64,000 nucleotides of DNA from Monocercomonoides exilis PA203 (lineage: Eukaryota > Protista > Preaxostyla): assembly GCA_001643675.2 (NCBI GenBank), contig LSRY02000011.1:1550001-1614000 (forward strand). The letters are read 5' to 3'. The number at the start of each line of letters is the position of its first letter. Position 1 is the stretch's first letter. A model generated the notes under the pieces. The model was not told the origin of the DNA, searched no databases, and was given only the letters and a program-made list of their open reading frames with translations. Positions 1 to 11,500 of the stretch are shown one piece after another. The translations under genes and the position numbers were made by a program.

Positions 1-2889
1 TTCTGAAGACTCAGCTTTCGGTTCTTCTGTTGCTCCTTCTTCTGTTTCAGCGTCATCAACGGGCAATGAAGATTCATTATCAGATGCGGGCTGACACTCA
101 GAAGAAAAAGAAGCCGAGGATGAAGATGACATTGCTGAAGAATCTGCTTTGCTTTCAGCAACAATCAAACTATTTTCAACTGTCTGAACAGACGACTTCA
201 TCTCCTCGCAAATAGCTTCCATTTTTTCTGAATTATTTGCCTCTTCTTCTCTTCCTTCCGTCGTATTTTCTGTTTGCTGTTCGTTTCTCTCCATTTCCTC
301 CGATTTCATCTTTTCATTATCTTTTATGTTTTCCATTTCTTCATCTTTTTCTGATTCTTTATTTTTTTCGTTCTCTGTTTTCTTTCTCCATTCACTTTCC
401 AGCTTCATCAAATCAATACCAATATCCTCCAACTCCTTCTTCGTTCCCCTTGCCAAAATCCTTCCCCCTTCCATCACAACCACATTATCTACCTTGTCTG
501 CATACTGCACCTGGTTCGTTGCCAGAATGACTGTCGCTTTTCTCTTCTCCTTTAGCAGCCCCACGATACAATCTTCAAACAACTTCTTCCCAACATTTGC
601 ATCCACAGCTGACAGCGGGTCATCCAACAACACGACATCGGCATCGCTATACACACACCGCGCCAACTGCAGCCTCGCCTTCTGTCCTCCGCTCATGTTA
701 ATCCCCTTTTCTCCAATCGCTGTTTCATCGCCTGCACCAAATACAGCAAAATCCGGATCCAGACAGCACACAGACACGCACTCATTATATCGATCATCGA
801 TCATTTCATTGTCAAACAGAATGTTTTCTTTGCATGTCCCGCTGAATATCCACGGAATTTGTGAAAACACCGACAATTTCCCCTTCACTTTCACTTTGGC
901 TTCCTTTTTCATTGTCTCATTTCCTTTTTCATTATCATTCTTCTCGTTATTCCTCACTTCCACATCATTTCCTCCTTTTTCAATGTCTCCGCTGATCGCT
1001 GCCAGAAGTGAAGACTTCCCACTCCCCACAGCCCCAACCACCATTAAAAGCTCCCCTTTCTTCACTTTCAGCTCAATGTCGCTCAGAGTATTGCTCGATT
1101 TCAGTGCTGTTTCTGTATTTGCTTCTTCTGATAACGCTTCTGAAGAAGAAGAGGATGAAGATTGAGAAGAAGATGTTGATGCAGTTGTTGACGACATTTG
1201 TTGTTCATTTTTCATTGCAATTACAGATTCTGCTTTTTCTTCATTCATTTTACTTGCCTTAGGTTCACTTCCTTTACCTTTCTTTTGTTGCTTTTTCAAT
1301 TCTTTCTCTTTTCTTTTCATTTCCTCTTTCTCCTCTTTCTCTCTCTTCTTGGCTTCCTTCTCCAAATACTGCTTCTCTTCATTCATTAGCGGAATTGCAG
1401 GTGGCTCAGCCCATTTGAACGTTCCATTCTCAATAATCACTGAATATTCTGAATCTTCTTCATTACTATCAATTACACTTCTTTCTCCTTTCTCTCCTTT
1501 CCCTTTATCTTCTCCCCCTGTTTCTTCGTTCACATTGTCTTTATGCTCCTCCAGCATCAAAAACTCGCTCACTCGCCGAGACGATAGGAACAGCAGAAAG
1601 ACATACTGCATCATCATTGGAAACGACGTAGCTGCATTCGTAAAGATGCCCAAGATACTTCCGATCGGATAGAAGTAATTCATCACATCTCCATCGGCGA
1701 TCTTTACCCCTTTCAAAAACGCCGTCATCACCACCACCTGCAGAAACATCGGAAATGCAGACATGACCGAATATGTCATTTGCAGAGAAAACACAATGCG
1801 AGACACGTGATTCAACTGGACAGATCTGACTCGTTTTATACGATCAAGAAACACTGACTCCAACCCACTCAGTTTTATCATTCGAATCCCCTGAAGCATT
1901 TCATTTGTGGACTTTAGCCTTTTTTCGTTTGTTTCAAAATATCTGTTGAAGCCCTTGTACATCTGTGCAGATATTGCGGATTGCAAAGGAAATACCAGTA
2001 TTACCATAACCAATGCTATTAAAGAGTAGTATTTCACTTCAATAATCAATAGAACAAATGCACCAATCAGCATAATAGGATATTGAATAACTATTAACAG
2101 GCTGATTGTTGATTCAGAAAGATTCTGGGTGTCAGTTGAGATCAAAGTTACAAGTTTCCCAATATCAACTTTGGTTTGAGCAGCAATATTCAAATGAAGA
2201 GTTTTATCATAAATCATTGAGCTGACTCCAGTTCGCATTTGTCCTGCAACGTTAATGGCTAATCTGTAACCATTTGATTCGCATATTCCCGTAAAAATTG
2301 GTATTAAAATGAGACCAATTACAATTCCAACTGGAAACGGTGTTTCTATTCCAAGAGCATCGTTGATTCCCTTTTTGGATAGCTCTTCCATTAGCCATCT
2401 TAAAAGAAAAGGAGAAACCAATTTCGGTGCTGCGCTTAAAACCATCAGTATCTGTGATACAGGGATTCTCCATCCTCCAAGAGATATTAAAATCGGAACA
2501 ATTGACGGTTGTGATGGCATTTTTAATTTGCATTTCCTTTTTTCTTGCATACAAATTTCTTTTTCTTTTTCGTATTTAGCCCTTTCTCTTATGTATTTTG
2601 CATGAAGCATGCTCCATTTATTTTTAATACGTGGCAACATATATTCCGCTGAGTGAACTTCTGCAATTTGGCACACATCTTCTGATACAATAGGCTTTGA
2701 CCGAAATCCATATCTATAAAAAAACAAAAAGAACATATTTGCTAAGAAATTGCTGCGCTCCTCGTAATTCTTTGGATGTTTCTTTTGAGAAGATTTGCCA
2801 GTTGAGTGATTTTGAACTTCTTTCTTTTTTCTAACTTCAGTTTCACAATCAAGACATTTATAACTTTCAATTGCATTTTCTGATTTCAT
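1..2889 (-). CDS. ABCC/MRP-family ABC transporter, short type without TMD0; N-terminal half (lasso, TMD1, NBD1), running off the window at the 3' end
   Basis: Manual translation from the ATG at 2889 (MKSENAIESYK...) gives a lasso-like segment (EERSNFLANMFFLFF...KPIVSEDV), TMD1 motifs (GQMRTGVSSMIYDKTL, GKLVTLISTDT, RLKSTNEMLQGIRMIK), Walker A GAVGSGKS (~1013-1036), Q-loop SQIPWIFSGTCKENILF, signature GEKGINMSGGQKARLQLAR (ATG at 696, same frame as 2889) and Walker B VLLDDPLSAVDANVG. It is probably missing from the ORF track because no stop lies inside the window. Confidence 0.93.
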   Translation of the reverse strand, partial: MKSENAIESYKCLDCETEVRKKKEVQNHSTGKSSQKKHPKNYEERSNFLANMFFLFFYRYGFRSKPIVSEDVCQIAEVHSAEYMLPRIKNKWSMLHAKYIRERAKYEKEKEICMQEKRKCKLKMPSQPSIVPILISLGGWRIPVSQILMVLSAAPKLVSPFLLRWLMEELSKKGINDALGIETPFPVGIVIGLILIPIFTGICESNGYRLAINVAGQMRTGVSSMIYDKTLHLNIAAQTKVDIGKLVTLISTDTQNLSESTISLLIVIQYPIMLIGAFVLLIIEVKYYSLIALVMVILVFPLQSAISAQMYKGFNRYFETNEKRLKSTNEMLQGIRMIKLSGLESVFLDRIKRVRSVQLNHVSRIVFSLQMTYSVMSAFPMFLQVVVMTAFLKGVKIADGDVMNYFYPIGSILGIFTNAATSFPMMMQYVFLLFLSSRRVSEFLMLEEHKDNVNEETGGEDKGKGEKGERSVIDSNEEDSEYSVIIENGTFKWAEPPAIPLMNEEKQYLEKEAKKREKEEKEEMKRKEKELKKQQKKGKGSEPKASKMNEEKAESVIAMKNEQQMSSTTASTSSSQSSSSSSSEALSEEANTETALKSSNTLSDIELKVKKGELLMVVGAVGSGKSSLLAAISGDIEKGGNDVEVRNNEKNDNEKGNETMKKEAKVKVKGKLSVFSQIPWIFSGTCKENILFDNEMIDDRYNECVSVCCLDPDFAVFGAGDETAIGEKGINMSGGQKARLQLARCVYSDADVVLLDDPLSAVDANVGKKLFEDCIVGLLKEKRKATVILATNQVQYADKVDNVVVMEGGRILARGTKKELEDIGIDLMKLESEWRKKTENEKNKESEKDEEMENIKDNEKMKSEEMERNEQQTENTTEGREEEANNSEKMEAICEEMKSSVQTVENSLIVAESKADSSAMSSSSSASFSSECQPASDNESSLPVDDAETEEGATEEPKAESSE

Positions 2890-4513
2890 TTGGAAAGAAA
2901 GTTAACAATTCATATCAAGAAAACACGATCCGGCCCAATTGCAACGGAATTAAGAATATTTTATTATACAATCTAACTTTGGTGTTTATGAATAAGTGCT
3001 TCTGAGCCCCTCTTATTCAATCATTTTATCACCTGAAAACGTTCAGTGAGAAAAAACATGATGATCAACAATAGATCATTATGAAACTGGCTTTATCGAA
3101 TTATGTCGTTGTTTTTCAACAGTTGATATCTTCAGGATATTATGTTCTATTGCAAATGCATTCAAAACTTTCGAAAAAAAATATGTTTATTTTTTATTCT
3201 CAAAAACTTTAAATAAATCAAAATGCATCTTTGGGATGATGCTTCAGTTTTTTAAGCATGTTGAAATTTTTGATTTGATTATGACAATTAATAAAAAACT
3301 ATTATTTTTTATATTCGAAAAAAATGCAAGAAACAAGTCGGTTGTTAAAAAAGGCTTAAAGGAAACGAAACTTTTTTATTGCACATGGATTATCAACTTT
3401 TTTGATTTTAAAAAGGGGAAAAAAACTTATTTAATATTCCACATTTTAAATCTCATGTTGAACAATAGATCTTAACAAAAATGAAAAAATTTAGTCTATC
3501 TTTTTAAAATTTAAAAACTATTCAACACAAAAAAAGATACAATCATTTCAAAACATTAGTGATATCAAATGATAACAAAATAAAAACACAAAACAAGAAA
3601 TTACACTCCTGATTCAGATGAATCTTAAAAAATCCATAAAATAAAAGAGTTTCAACTTTTGTTTAATACAGAATCGAAATTAAGAAATTCTGATAAAAGA
3701 GTGTTAGAAATATATATATAAATATGAAAATAAATGTTAAATAACAAAAAATTGAAAAAAAATTAAATTTCTGTTTCCAAATCAGAAATTCTAAAAGAAT
3801 TCATTGTCAAAAAATAAAATAGGCAAAAAACGTTTTCAGATAGTCAGAATATGACCTATCATGTAACCAGATTTATTATTTATCTGGGTGTTCAAGAGAG
3901 TCGCTTGAAATGTTTTCCTCATAACGTTATAAACAAAATAAATCTTATTTTTCTCGATTCACAAACCTTATGCAAATAATCAAAACGTCATTCAAATTAT
4001 CTCTTTTCCACCCAAACAACATTTGTTCATTACAGATTTCCTGTATTAATCACAAAAAGAATCAATGTGCTGAATGGTTACAATCGGATAATTATTTATG
4101 ATCTCATGTATTTTTAGTATATTTTTATTTACAAAATATACTCCTTAATTCGATAATCATTTTTTTTCTAACGTTCAAATTCAAATAATTTTGTACAACA
4201 AAAAACCATTTGATTGAAAAAAAAAATAAAGAGAAACATTTGTTTCATGAAAAAAAAAATTCTTGCATTCTATTTGATCTACCATTGTTATTCTTTCGTA
4301 GAATGTGAGTCAACATTAAGTTATAATGCGTTGAATGCAAGTTTGCTGCTACATTTTATATATTGTTCAAATGTATCATAAATTTACAGAAACTTTTAAA
4401 CAAAACGTCTATTTCAAAGAATGATGAAGATAAAACTGCTTCATATGGGATAGGTACTCGTAAGTCTGCGAAAATTTATCATGCTTCACATTTAACTTGA
4501 TTTTTAATTTAGT

Positions 4514-7500
4514 TTGAGGAGCTCATCACACACATTGGTTGTTGAATCGAAACCAAGAGAATTTGATTTAAGTGATTTTGTTCTTGCACCTACATCGTCA
4601 AGTAAAGTGATTGGAAATCCATATGTTCCAACTACACTATTAGAAAGTAATTTTGAAAATAAAGGACAACTCGAATCACCTTCGCCGAAGGACAATTCAT
4701 TAACTCTGCTTCATAATCAAATACCAAGAAAAAAGCAGCATTCTGAGCATAAAATTAAGTCAAAAAGATTGAACCAATCGATAAAAAAAGTTGGCAGCGA
4801 TAACGAACTCTTTTCGCAGAGAAGAAACTATGCTTTTCTCAGATCTGAAGATGCTTTATCTTCATTTCTTTCATTTCCAACTCTGACAGACTCAAACACG
4901 AAAGTGGATCTTGTGCATGCAAGAAAGAAGTTTCTTTATCCTTTTGAATTCAAAGCGGACATTCTGAAATTCACAACATCTTCTCTTTCGCTTTTCTCTC
5001 AATTTGCTTTAATGGGCTCAAAAATCGAAAATTGCAAAGAAGGATATTTTTCAGTTCTCAATACCTCATCTTTCAACGAACATGAAAATACTAAATTAAA
5101 CACAGCAATTTCGAGCAAAGCAAATGCTTTCAAAGATACAAAAGCAAGTGAGACAAAAGTTTGGAGGGAAATATTCCAATTACTCAAAAAAGGAGTAGAT
5201 ATTCACATATACAAAGAGATGCTATATCGATTTACGAAAGATAACACAAAAACTGAGAATAAAAGAAAAGAACTTTCTGACATTTCCGTAATGAAAAAAA
5301 AGGATGACAAAAAAAACACAAAGAACGAAACCATTTCATTTGATTCATCTGCTCAAACAGATAAAGGAGTCTTGAATGGAATAGAATCAGTTGAAATTCA
5401 ACAAGACAATATTTCATCAGCAGATAAACGTGCCAAATTTGCGTGCCATTCAACTTATCAATATAATTTTTCATTTTCTTCAAACAAACAGAAAGAGAAC
5501 AAACTACTTCGAATCGTAAGAAGTATAATTATTGTACAATTAAAAGAGCAAGAGCAGCAACATTTAACAACACCAAAATTATCGCCACCACATTCTTCTC
5601 GTTTTTCGCATCCTCTTTCTTCTCACGCCTCAAGTTCCTCACCAAAAATACCATTTGCTCAAGTTCAAGAACACAAGACTGTTGATCAAGTTTGGCAAAG
5701 GCCCTATCAACAAACTGTAAATGCTGCTTATTTCAGCCATTTGATTTGTCCTTCATTTTTTGGAATGCCAAAGCTAATGAACGACCAGCTGGATGAAAAC
5801 ATCCGCTTTTCGAGTGACTGTTTTTCGTGGTGGAATAATGAAAGGATAAGAAAAGAGAGCATCCAAAATTCCAAAAGTTTATCGTATTCTTCGTTCAATC
5901 ACGGGGCTTTTGATCAAAGTTTATGGACAAATGAAACAGGCACAACTTCAGCTGAATTCAGGAAGGGAGACGAAGATGACTTGAACAGGCTTTCAACACT
6001 TTCACCAAAATCTGTTGAATCTCCCGAAAACAGCGAAGGCAGAGCAATCGAAAAGAAGCGAACGTCTCAGTCTCGCTTGCGTGGGCAGAGCAGAAGTCCC
6101 AATGAAACCAGTCATCAGCCTATCAGTCGAAGTGTGAGAAAGCCAAAACGAAGAAGCCGAAGGAGAAGTTGGTTCAGCTCGCGGAAGAAGCGGAGAAGAG
6201 CAGCGGAGCGAATGCGGATGAGAAATGAGGCAGCTTCTGAGGAGTCGGAGCAGACAGCAGAGGAAGAGACAGTCAGCGATGAGGAATACAAAGAGGCACA
6301 CAGAAGAAGCAGAAAAGCAGAGAAAGGTGAAGAAGGAGATGATGAGGGTAATGAAGAAGAAGAAGAAGAAGAAGAAGGAGAAAAAGAAGACGACGAAAAG
6401 GAAGCAGAAGCTGAAGAAGACTCAAGAGATGCAGAAAGCGATCCATTCATGTCAATGAGCAGCACCGATTCACAGGAAATTCGAAGATCTTCCGAAAAAA
6501 GCAAAGAAAAGCCCAAGCAGAAGCAAGAATTAACACAGCGCTCAAAACAGGAATTATCGATACAGCAGAAATATCCTTCGATGGCATCACAGAAGGCTCA
6601 GCTGCTGATGCCGATTGCATCTTTCAATCCTCTTCACTTCTCATCGAAGCTGCCATCTGCCTTGAACTCGCATTCTTTGAGCAATAGCATGACTTCTCTG
6701 GCTGCACAGGCACAGCAGCAATTCACACAGCATCAACTGTCTGGGGCAGATTCAATACACTCTTCGTTTTCTTCTGATGCATTGAATAATCATCCTGCTT
6801 CTGCATCGTCATCATCTTCTTCTTATCGAAGTAATGTTCCTTCTTTTTCCAATTTCCCAGAGTTCGCCTCTGCCTTCGCCCTCACCTCGTCTTCGGGTAC
6901 TTCTCTTCCTTCTTCTGTGGAATTGCTTGCCTCAAAGGCAAAAAGAGGGAGAAGCCAAATAGGCAAAGGAGATCTGATTGATGAGAATCAGCCAAATGAA
7001 TCCACACATGGTCATCAGATTCCTGCACGCACATTGCCATCGTCATCTGCATCATCATCATCATTTCCTTCATCCGCAACAAACACACGTGAAGATTTTG
7101 GCTTTTCCACACATTCTAATATTCCTTTGCCTTTCTCAAGTAACACCTCTTCTGCTTCATTTCGGGCTCAATCTGCATCACAACAAGCATCAAATTCAAC
7201 TTCATTTGCACCATCATCATCAACAGCTCCTAGTTTGCTTGGATCTTCGATGCCAACAGCACCAAAATATTCCTCATTTAACTCTTTGTCTGCCTTTCAA
7301 GCACTTCATCGTTCTCCTTATCCTGTTCAGCGTGCTGCTCCTGCACTTTCATACAATCAGCAGTCAGCTGTTTCTACAAAGCCTTCGTTTTTTGGAGCCA
7401 ATCCACTTTTGGTCTCAGGCAATTCTTCAGCTCTGCTTTCTTCGTCAAATCCTGCTTCTTTCTCTTCCACGTCTCCTTCTTCTGCATCTGCATCTTCCTC

Positions 7501-7906
7501 TTCCTCTTCTCATTTGACTTCTCCACCTCGAAATTCATCATTCACCTCTTCGTCTTCATTCCATTCCAACACAACAACTGATTCAGCATCTTCTTATCAT
7601 TCGCCTCACACTCACACGTCAGCTTCGTTCAATCCTTCTCCTTTCTCTCAAATGAACTTGCCAATCTCTCCTTCTCCTCTTTCACATCCACAACGCACTC
7701 CTTCATTGTCCTCTTCTCCTTTGCATGCATCTTCGCCTACAGTTTCTATCTCTCCTCCAACTATTCCAGTGAAAAATCTGAAAATCCATTTGAAAGCGAA
7801 TAATTCATTACAAGGCAAAGAGCAAAAAGTACTGAAACAATTTACATCTTTTGAGCAGGATGAGAATATTAGAACAAAGGAATCGCAGTTGAACTTACCA
7901 TCATAA
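4514..7906 (+). CDS. Hypothetical low-complexity protein (basic R/K cluster, acidic tract, Ser/Pro-rich C-terminus); 5' end unresolved, probably with upstream exon(s)
   Basis: 1130-codon open frame ending in TAA. It starts at TTG immediately after an acceptor-like tttttaatttag (ends 4512), with a GTAAGT donor at 4460. No recognisable domain. Confidence 0.75.
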   Translation: MRSSSHTLVVESKPREFDLSDFVLAPTSSSKVIGNPYVPTTLLESNFENKGQLESPSPKDNSLTLLHNQIPRKKQHSEHKIKSKRLNQSIKKVGSDNELFSQRRNYAFLRSEDALSSFLSFPTLTDSNTKVDLVHARKKFLYPFEFKADILKFTTSSLSLFSQFALMGSKIENCKEGYFSVLNTSSFNEHENTKLNTAISSKANAFKDTKASETKVWREIFQLLKKGVDIHIYKEMLYRFTKDNTKTENKRKELSDISVMKKKDDKKNTKNETISFDSSAQTDKGVLNGIESVEIQQDNISSADKRAKFACHSTYQYNFSFSSNKQKENKLLRIVRSIIIVQLKEQEQQHLTTPKLSPPHSSRFSHPLSSHASSSSPKIPFAQVQEHKTVDQVWQRPYQQTVNAAYFSHLICPSFFGMPKLMNDQLDENIRFSSDCFSWWNNERIRKESIQNSKSLSYSSFNHGAFDQSLWTNETGTTSAEFRKGDEDDLNRLSTLSPKSVESPENSEGRAIEKKRTSQSRLRGQSRSPNETSHQPISRSVRKPKRRSRRRSWFSSRKKRRRAAERMRMRNEAASEESEQTAEEETVSDEEYKEAHRRSRKAEKGEEGDDEGNEEEEEEEEGEKEDDEKEAEAEEDSRDAESDPFMSMSSTDSQEIRRSSEKSKEKPKQKQELTQRSKQELSIQQKYPSMASQKAQLLMPIASFNPLHFSSKLPSALNSHSLSNSMTSLAAQAQQQFTQHQLSGADSIHSSFSSDALNNHPASASSSSSSYRSNVPSFSNFPEFASAFALTSSSGTSLPSSVELLASKAKRGRSQIGKGDLIDENQPNESTHGHQIPARTLPSSSASSSSFPSSATNTREDFGFSTHSNIPLPFSSNTSSASFRAQSASQQASNSTSFAPSSSTAPSLLGSSMPTAPKYSSFNSLSAFQALHRSPYPVQRAAPALSYNQQSAVSTKPSFFGANPLLVSGNSSALLSSSNPASFSSTSPSSASASSSSSSHLTSPPRNSSFTSSSSFHSNTTTDSASSYHSPHTHTSASFNPSPFSQMNLPISPSPLSHPQRTPSLSSSPLHASSPTVSISPPTIPVKNLKIHLKANNSLQGKEQKVLKQFTSFEQDENIRTKESQLNLPS

Positions 7907-8531
7907 AGGACTTCTCGAATATTTCGCTATATTTGCAGATATTATCATATTCTCTTGAAGATTGAGTAAATATTTCTTGTTTTCTCTCTTTCACACACTT
8001 TTTTTTGAAGTTAGAGAAGGGATGGTATTTTTATCTTAACTGTTTTAATTTTTAGAATGATCAAAAATCGAAACAAGCGATTATATCAATTATTAGAAAA
8101 TTTTGTGATAATCAAAGTACTTGTAAAAATTAGAAAGGTCGAGTTTTTTTCGTATTAATTTCTCTTTTCAAACAAGAACATTTTCACTTTCTTTTTGAGT
8201 TTGTCTCTTTTCCATTATCCTATGCAGTCATTTTCTCAACAACACAAAATCTCTATTTTCTGTTTCAAAAAAAAATAATTATTTGAATTATTTTTTTTAT
8301 TTTTTTTTTTAAAATAAGAATAATGATTGAACGGAACAAAAAACGAAACAATAAAAACAAGATTGAACTTTTGCCACGAAAAAAAAGATAAATAAATAAA
8401 TTAAATACATTTTCAATACAATTTTTCAATTGTTATCTAAAAATCCAAAATACACAAAAAGAAGAGATAATCACAAGAAATCAAAACAAAAATAAAAAAA
8501 TTCTTTCTAACAATTGATAACGAAATCCATT

Positions 8532-11500
8532 TTAAATAAAGCCAAATCCCTCAGACCCTTCACTCACAGCAAGCAAAAGCCTCTCTTTAAGAATTTCAAA
8601 GCTCGAATAAGGTGGCAACTCCAACTGGTTGAAGCACGTGTGAGCAGTTGGCAGACGTTGGTTGTCAAAGTGAACACGTGTGATGTCTATGCGTTGAGGG
8701 CCATGGATTCCCACAAGATTTCCAAAGCCACCCAGCGGTACTTTCGATGTTCCTGTGATAAACTGCACAAGCCTTGCTTTTTGTTCTTGAGTGAATTCGC
8801 GCACCACTTTCCAGAACCATTTGATAACTTTGTCATTTGCAGAATATCCATTCGAGTAATTTGTATGCCGCATCATATCGTCGATATCTATCTGTGGAAG
8901 TCCGCTAATCAGCAATTCCAGTTCGTTTACATCAAACAGTGTGACAAATTGAATTGGTATCAAATCGTAAAATCCAGAAACAAAGGCATCTATCTGCTGC
9001 TTGATGTCGCGGGTAATTCTCGATTCTGTTATGAGTCTGACATATTCGTATCTGTTCTCGTTTGTAACAGTAATATTCTTTCCGTTTGGCTTCAGTTCCA
9101 ATGTCTTTGCTGTTCCGAAGTCATCAAGTGTCGTCTCAAAGGTCAGCTCTTCTTCTTCGATGTTTGGATGGTCCAGAACCCATTTCATGGATCTGAAGAG
9201 CTCTGGATCGACACCTTCAAGATCGTTAAATACAACAGATATTCCAAGAATGTGCTTATAAAACGAGCGAGTGAAATGAGCATCGAGCAGTTGCTCATCA
9301 CATATTGCTTTTGCAACCATTCTGCCTGCAAAGAAGAAGTAATCGAGGTGGCTGGGTCCATTTACGCTTGAATGAGGATCTGGCTGAAACGTTGCTTGGT
9401 TGACACAAGGCTTGAACAAAGCATAATCAGGGTTGAAGAGCTGTTGAGAAAGCACAACGTAAAACTCCCGCAAAACACCGCCTGCGTCCTCTCCTTCTTC
9501 GCCTTTGAATGATATCTTCAGAGGCTGATACATTTCTCGTGGGGACATGTGCGACAGCATGTTAAAGGCATCTTCAAAGCAAGAACTACGTCTGACTCTC
9601 AGAGGCTGGCGCTTATTCGAAGGATTTATCGAGTTAATGTGTCTGCGCAGAAGAGAACGGAAGATTAAGCGTTTCAAACTGAAAGTGATGCAAAACGGAA
9701 CTCTGAGGAGAGGAGCAAACAGCGAACGCGGATTGATCATCTGAAGGTTGGACAAAAGAAGATAATTTACAAGCAACTTGTGCTGAGCGCCGAATATGTG
9801 AATAGGATGCAGTTCTGTTGATTGTGTGGATGAGGCACTCAAAATAGAAGTTGAGGTTGGAGAACGGGCAAAGAAAGAGTTGCATGCCAATAGAGAAGAT
9901 GCAGGAGAGGAAGTCGATGCCATTGCTGATTTGTTCGTTTGTGCTTCTGGTAGTTCCGAAGAAGCAATTGGCAATGACCTAAGAGAGAACAAAGGAAAAG
10001 ATAGAGAAAGATCAATCGAAGAAGGAACACGAATGAGCGGAGAAGAATAACTTAATGATTTTCTTGAAGATTTGACAGCACGATCAGATGGACTTAAAGA
10101 GGCATTTCCAAGATTTGATGAATGAAGTGAGTAAGATGCATTCTGCGCTTTTGCAGAGAGACTAACACGTTGAGCGGGGAAAAGAGGAGAAAATGAAGAA
10201 GCCAACACCTTTGATGCTGCATTTCCAACAGAAGGAGTTGATAATGCTGAGGATGTAGCAAATTTATTTTCCTTTTGAAGATTATTTGAATGCTCATTTA
10301 TAGAAAGTGGTTTGATACTTGAAATCTCTTTTTCTCTGGTTGCTTCGACTGTGTCTTTCTTTTCCTGTTGTGCTTCAGCTGACCACAAATCGTCGCCAGT
10401 CAGACTTGTGGCAAGGCTCCCGTATTTCTCTTTGATTGATGCAACCATCGTTGGTACAGGCTCAGGGAATTGAGACGAGATATGAGAGACATTAAGCAAG
10501 AGATGAATAGAAGGAGCAAGCATCGGGAAGTACGACCGGATGAAAGCTGAGAAAGCAGCTTCACGAAGACGCAATGAAGCAGGAGTTGGGAACGGAAGAG
10601 TAGGATCAGGAAGAGATGACACCATGTCAATGAATGAAGAAAGCTCATCAGAAGAAGAAGGCGATAGATCAGATTGTGAAGTTGACGAAGAGTTTGACAA
10701 AGGAGATGGTGTGTTCAGTGTGGATGTGGATGAATGTGCTAAATGTGAAAGTAGATTCGGTCTGGATGGGACGACATTCGGTGTTGATAGCATTGGAGTG
10801 AATGTTATGTTGGATGAAAACACCTGATCTCCGCTTGGCGTCTCAAGAGATGTGTAAGGCCGGAGTTGTGCCTGTATCTGGTTAGACGGAATAGAGGCAT
10901 TTCTTGTTTGATCCATTGGAGTTGAAGATGAAGCTGTGAAGATGCTTGGCTCTGCAAACACTTCCGCAGCTGGTTGCGACGGATTTTCTGTCGAAGATGT
11001 TTGAGAACTCGAAGAACAATGGGAAGAAGAAGATGACGAAGAAGAAGAAGAAGTTGATGAATTTGAAGCATCTTGTTCAGAAGAAGCGTCAGTAGGCAAT
11101 TGAACATCAATTTGAGGAAGCGAAGCATCCGTACCAAGGACAATGGTGTCAGTAGGTGACAATCTGATAGGCGATTGGTGTTCTGGTGTTTCGAGAAGCC
11201 TTGTATTATCCTGTTGCTGTTGTGTTGCTGCTGATGATGACTGTTCAGGGCGAATCCTCATTCGACGAGGAGCAGCTGGCACAACCGTTCTCAGCCTGAT
11301 GACGTGTGGAGTCAGAAGAGACAAGCGCACACTTTCACTGTTGTTGATCTCAGACACAGGAGTTATCTGATTTGAGCCGTTCGAATCTGCCGTCCCGTTG
11401 AACGCTGTCTGTCCGCTGTTTGGTGTTTGTTCGGATGAAGGCTCCGGTTGATTGGATGTGATGTTTTCTTCTGTGCTTTCAACATCCATTTTCTGAGCAG

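Noticed and set aside
326-1165. 279-aa + strand ORF and neighbouring short + ORFs
   Set aside because: Antisense to NBD1 of the ABC transporter; the F/S-rich composition mirrors K/E codons.
3236-3475. 79-aa AT-rich ORF
   Set aside because: K/F/I/N-rich composition typical of intergenic AT-rich DNA, with no motifs.
4290-4512. Upstream exons for the 1130-aa gene (GTAAGT donor at 4460, AG at 4512, other sites at 4301, 4337 and 4389)
   Set aside because: No combination tried gave a stop-free frame joining to 4514, so no model is asserted.
8514-9371. 285-aa + strand ORF opposite the HECT domain
   Set aside because: An antisense shadow of a conserved coding region, with a non-ATG start and no recognisable motifs.
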